A stretch of DNA of 64,000 nucleotides from a virus (taxonomy: Duplodnaviria; Caudoviricetes). Of the stretch, positions 63,748 to 64,000 are shown piece after piece. The stretch is taken from positions 128,001 through 192,000 of IMG/VR virus record IMGVR_UViG_3300027740_000003; one strand, 5' to 3'. Positions within the stretch are counted from its first letter, which is position 1, and the number at the start of each line of letters is the position of its first letter. The position numbers were made by a program, and so were the translations under genes. The notes under the pieces were generated by a model. It saw only the letters and a program-made list of their open reading frames with translations, was not told the origin of the DNA and made no database searches.

Positions 63748-63776
63748 AACCTAATCACCATTGTTTGACTTGTCAA
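63748..63776 (-). promoter_or_regulatory. sigma70-like promoter TTGACA-17-TAGGTT, leaderless
   Basis: -10 lies 6 nt upstream of the phosphatase GTG start. Confidence 0.65.
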
Positions 63777-63799
63777 GCTGCATATTATTGTATATCTGC

Positions 63800-64000
63800 A
63801 TGAGTAGAATTGCCAGATTAAAGGTAATCAAAAGCATATTTAAAAATGCAGGATACATTACTACACTAGTAGATCAGATTATTTCTCAAAAACAATCTGG
63901 AGAAACGACAGAAACCAAACCTGCTTTAGAATATAAACAAGTTCCAATTAGTCTTGGCCCAGCCGCTACTGTAATGATGCCGTCTAATGTTGTCAACCCC
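63800..64000 (+). CDS. hypothetical protein (partial, runs off window)
   Basis: MSRIARLKVIKSILKNAG... Confidence 0.55.
   Translation, partial: MSRIARLKVIKSIFKNAGYITTLVDQIISQKQSGETTETKPALEYKQVPISLGPAATVMMPSNVVNP

Noticed and set aside
1-64000. Genome-wide TAG or TGA reassignment
   Set aside because: Long enzymes translate intact in code 11; TGA is used in ATGA overlaps and TAG terminates tagged ORFs at 26921 and 34354.

Overview
AT-rich, gene-dense segment of a jumbo/huge tailed-phage genome. Most genes are on the minus strand, with frequent ATGA/TAATG stop-start overlaps. The window is accessory: no intact core structural or replication module. It holds about 16 canonical tRNAs plus several aberrant tRNA-like RNAs; translation/RNA-repair genes (IF-1, Thg1, PTH2-like, 2H phosphoesterase, PNK/phosphatase); an ADP-ribosylation toolkit (PARP-like, ARH/DraG, two macro domains, two ART-like domains); nucleotide metabolism (ThyX, IMPDH/GMPR); three peptidoglycan hydrolases; and a LAGLIDADG homing endonuclease. 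The main unexplained signal is a set of short peptide 'address tags' grafted onto unrelated proteins. (1) About 40 ORFs end in [IV][KR][DN][IL]I[EQL]-stop (IKDIIE), with synonymous codon variation. (2) Five tandem mini-ORFs at 17684-18329, absent from the ORF track, plus one distant ORF end in F[LI][VL]CA-stop; three of the five resemble consecutive pieces of a major capsid protein. (3) About 10 other proteins share an amphipathic L[AS]xxFxKx[AY] motif. Also notable: a PTH2-like gene with an in-frame TAG at codon 3 sits directly upstream of a CUA (amber) tRNA; there is a circularly permuted tRNA-like gene; and a tRNA scaffold carries a ~170-nt structured insert. All family assignments come from remembered motifs; no searches were run.
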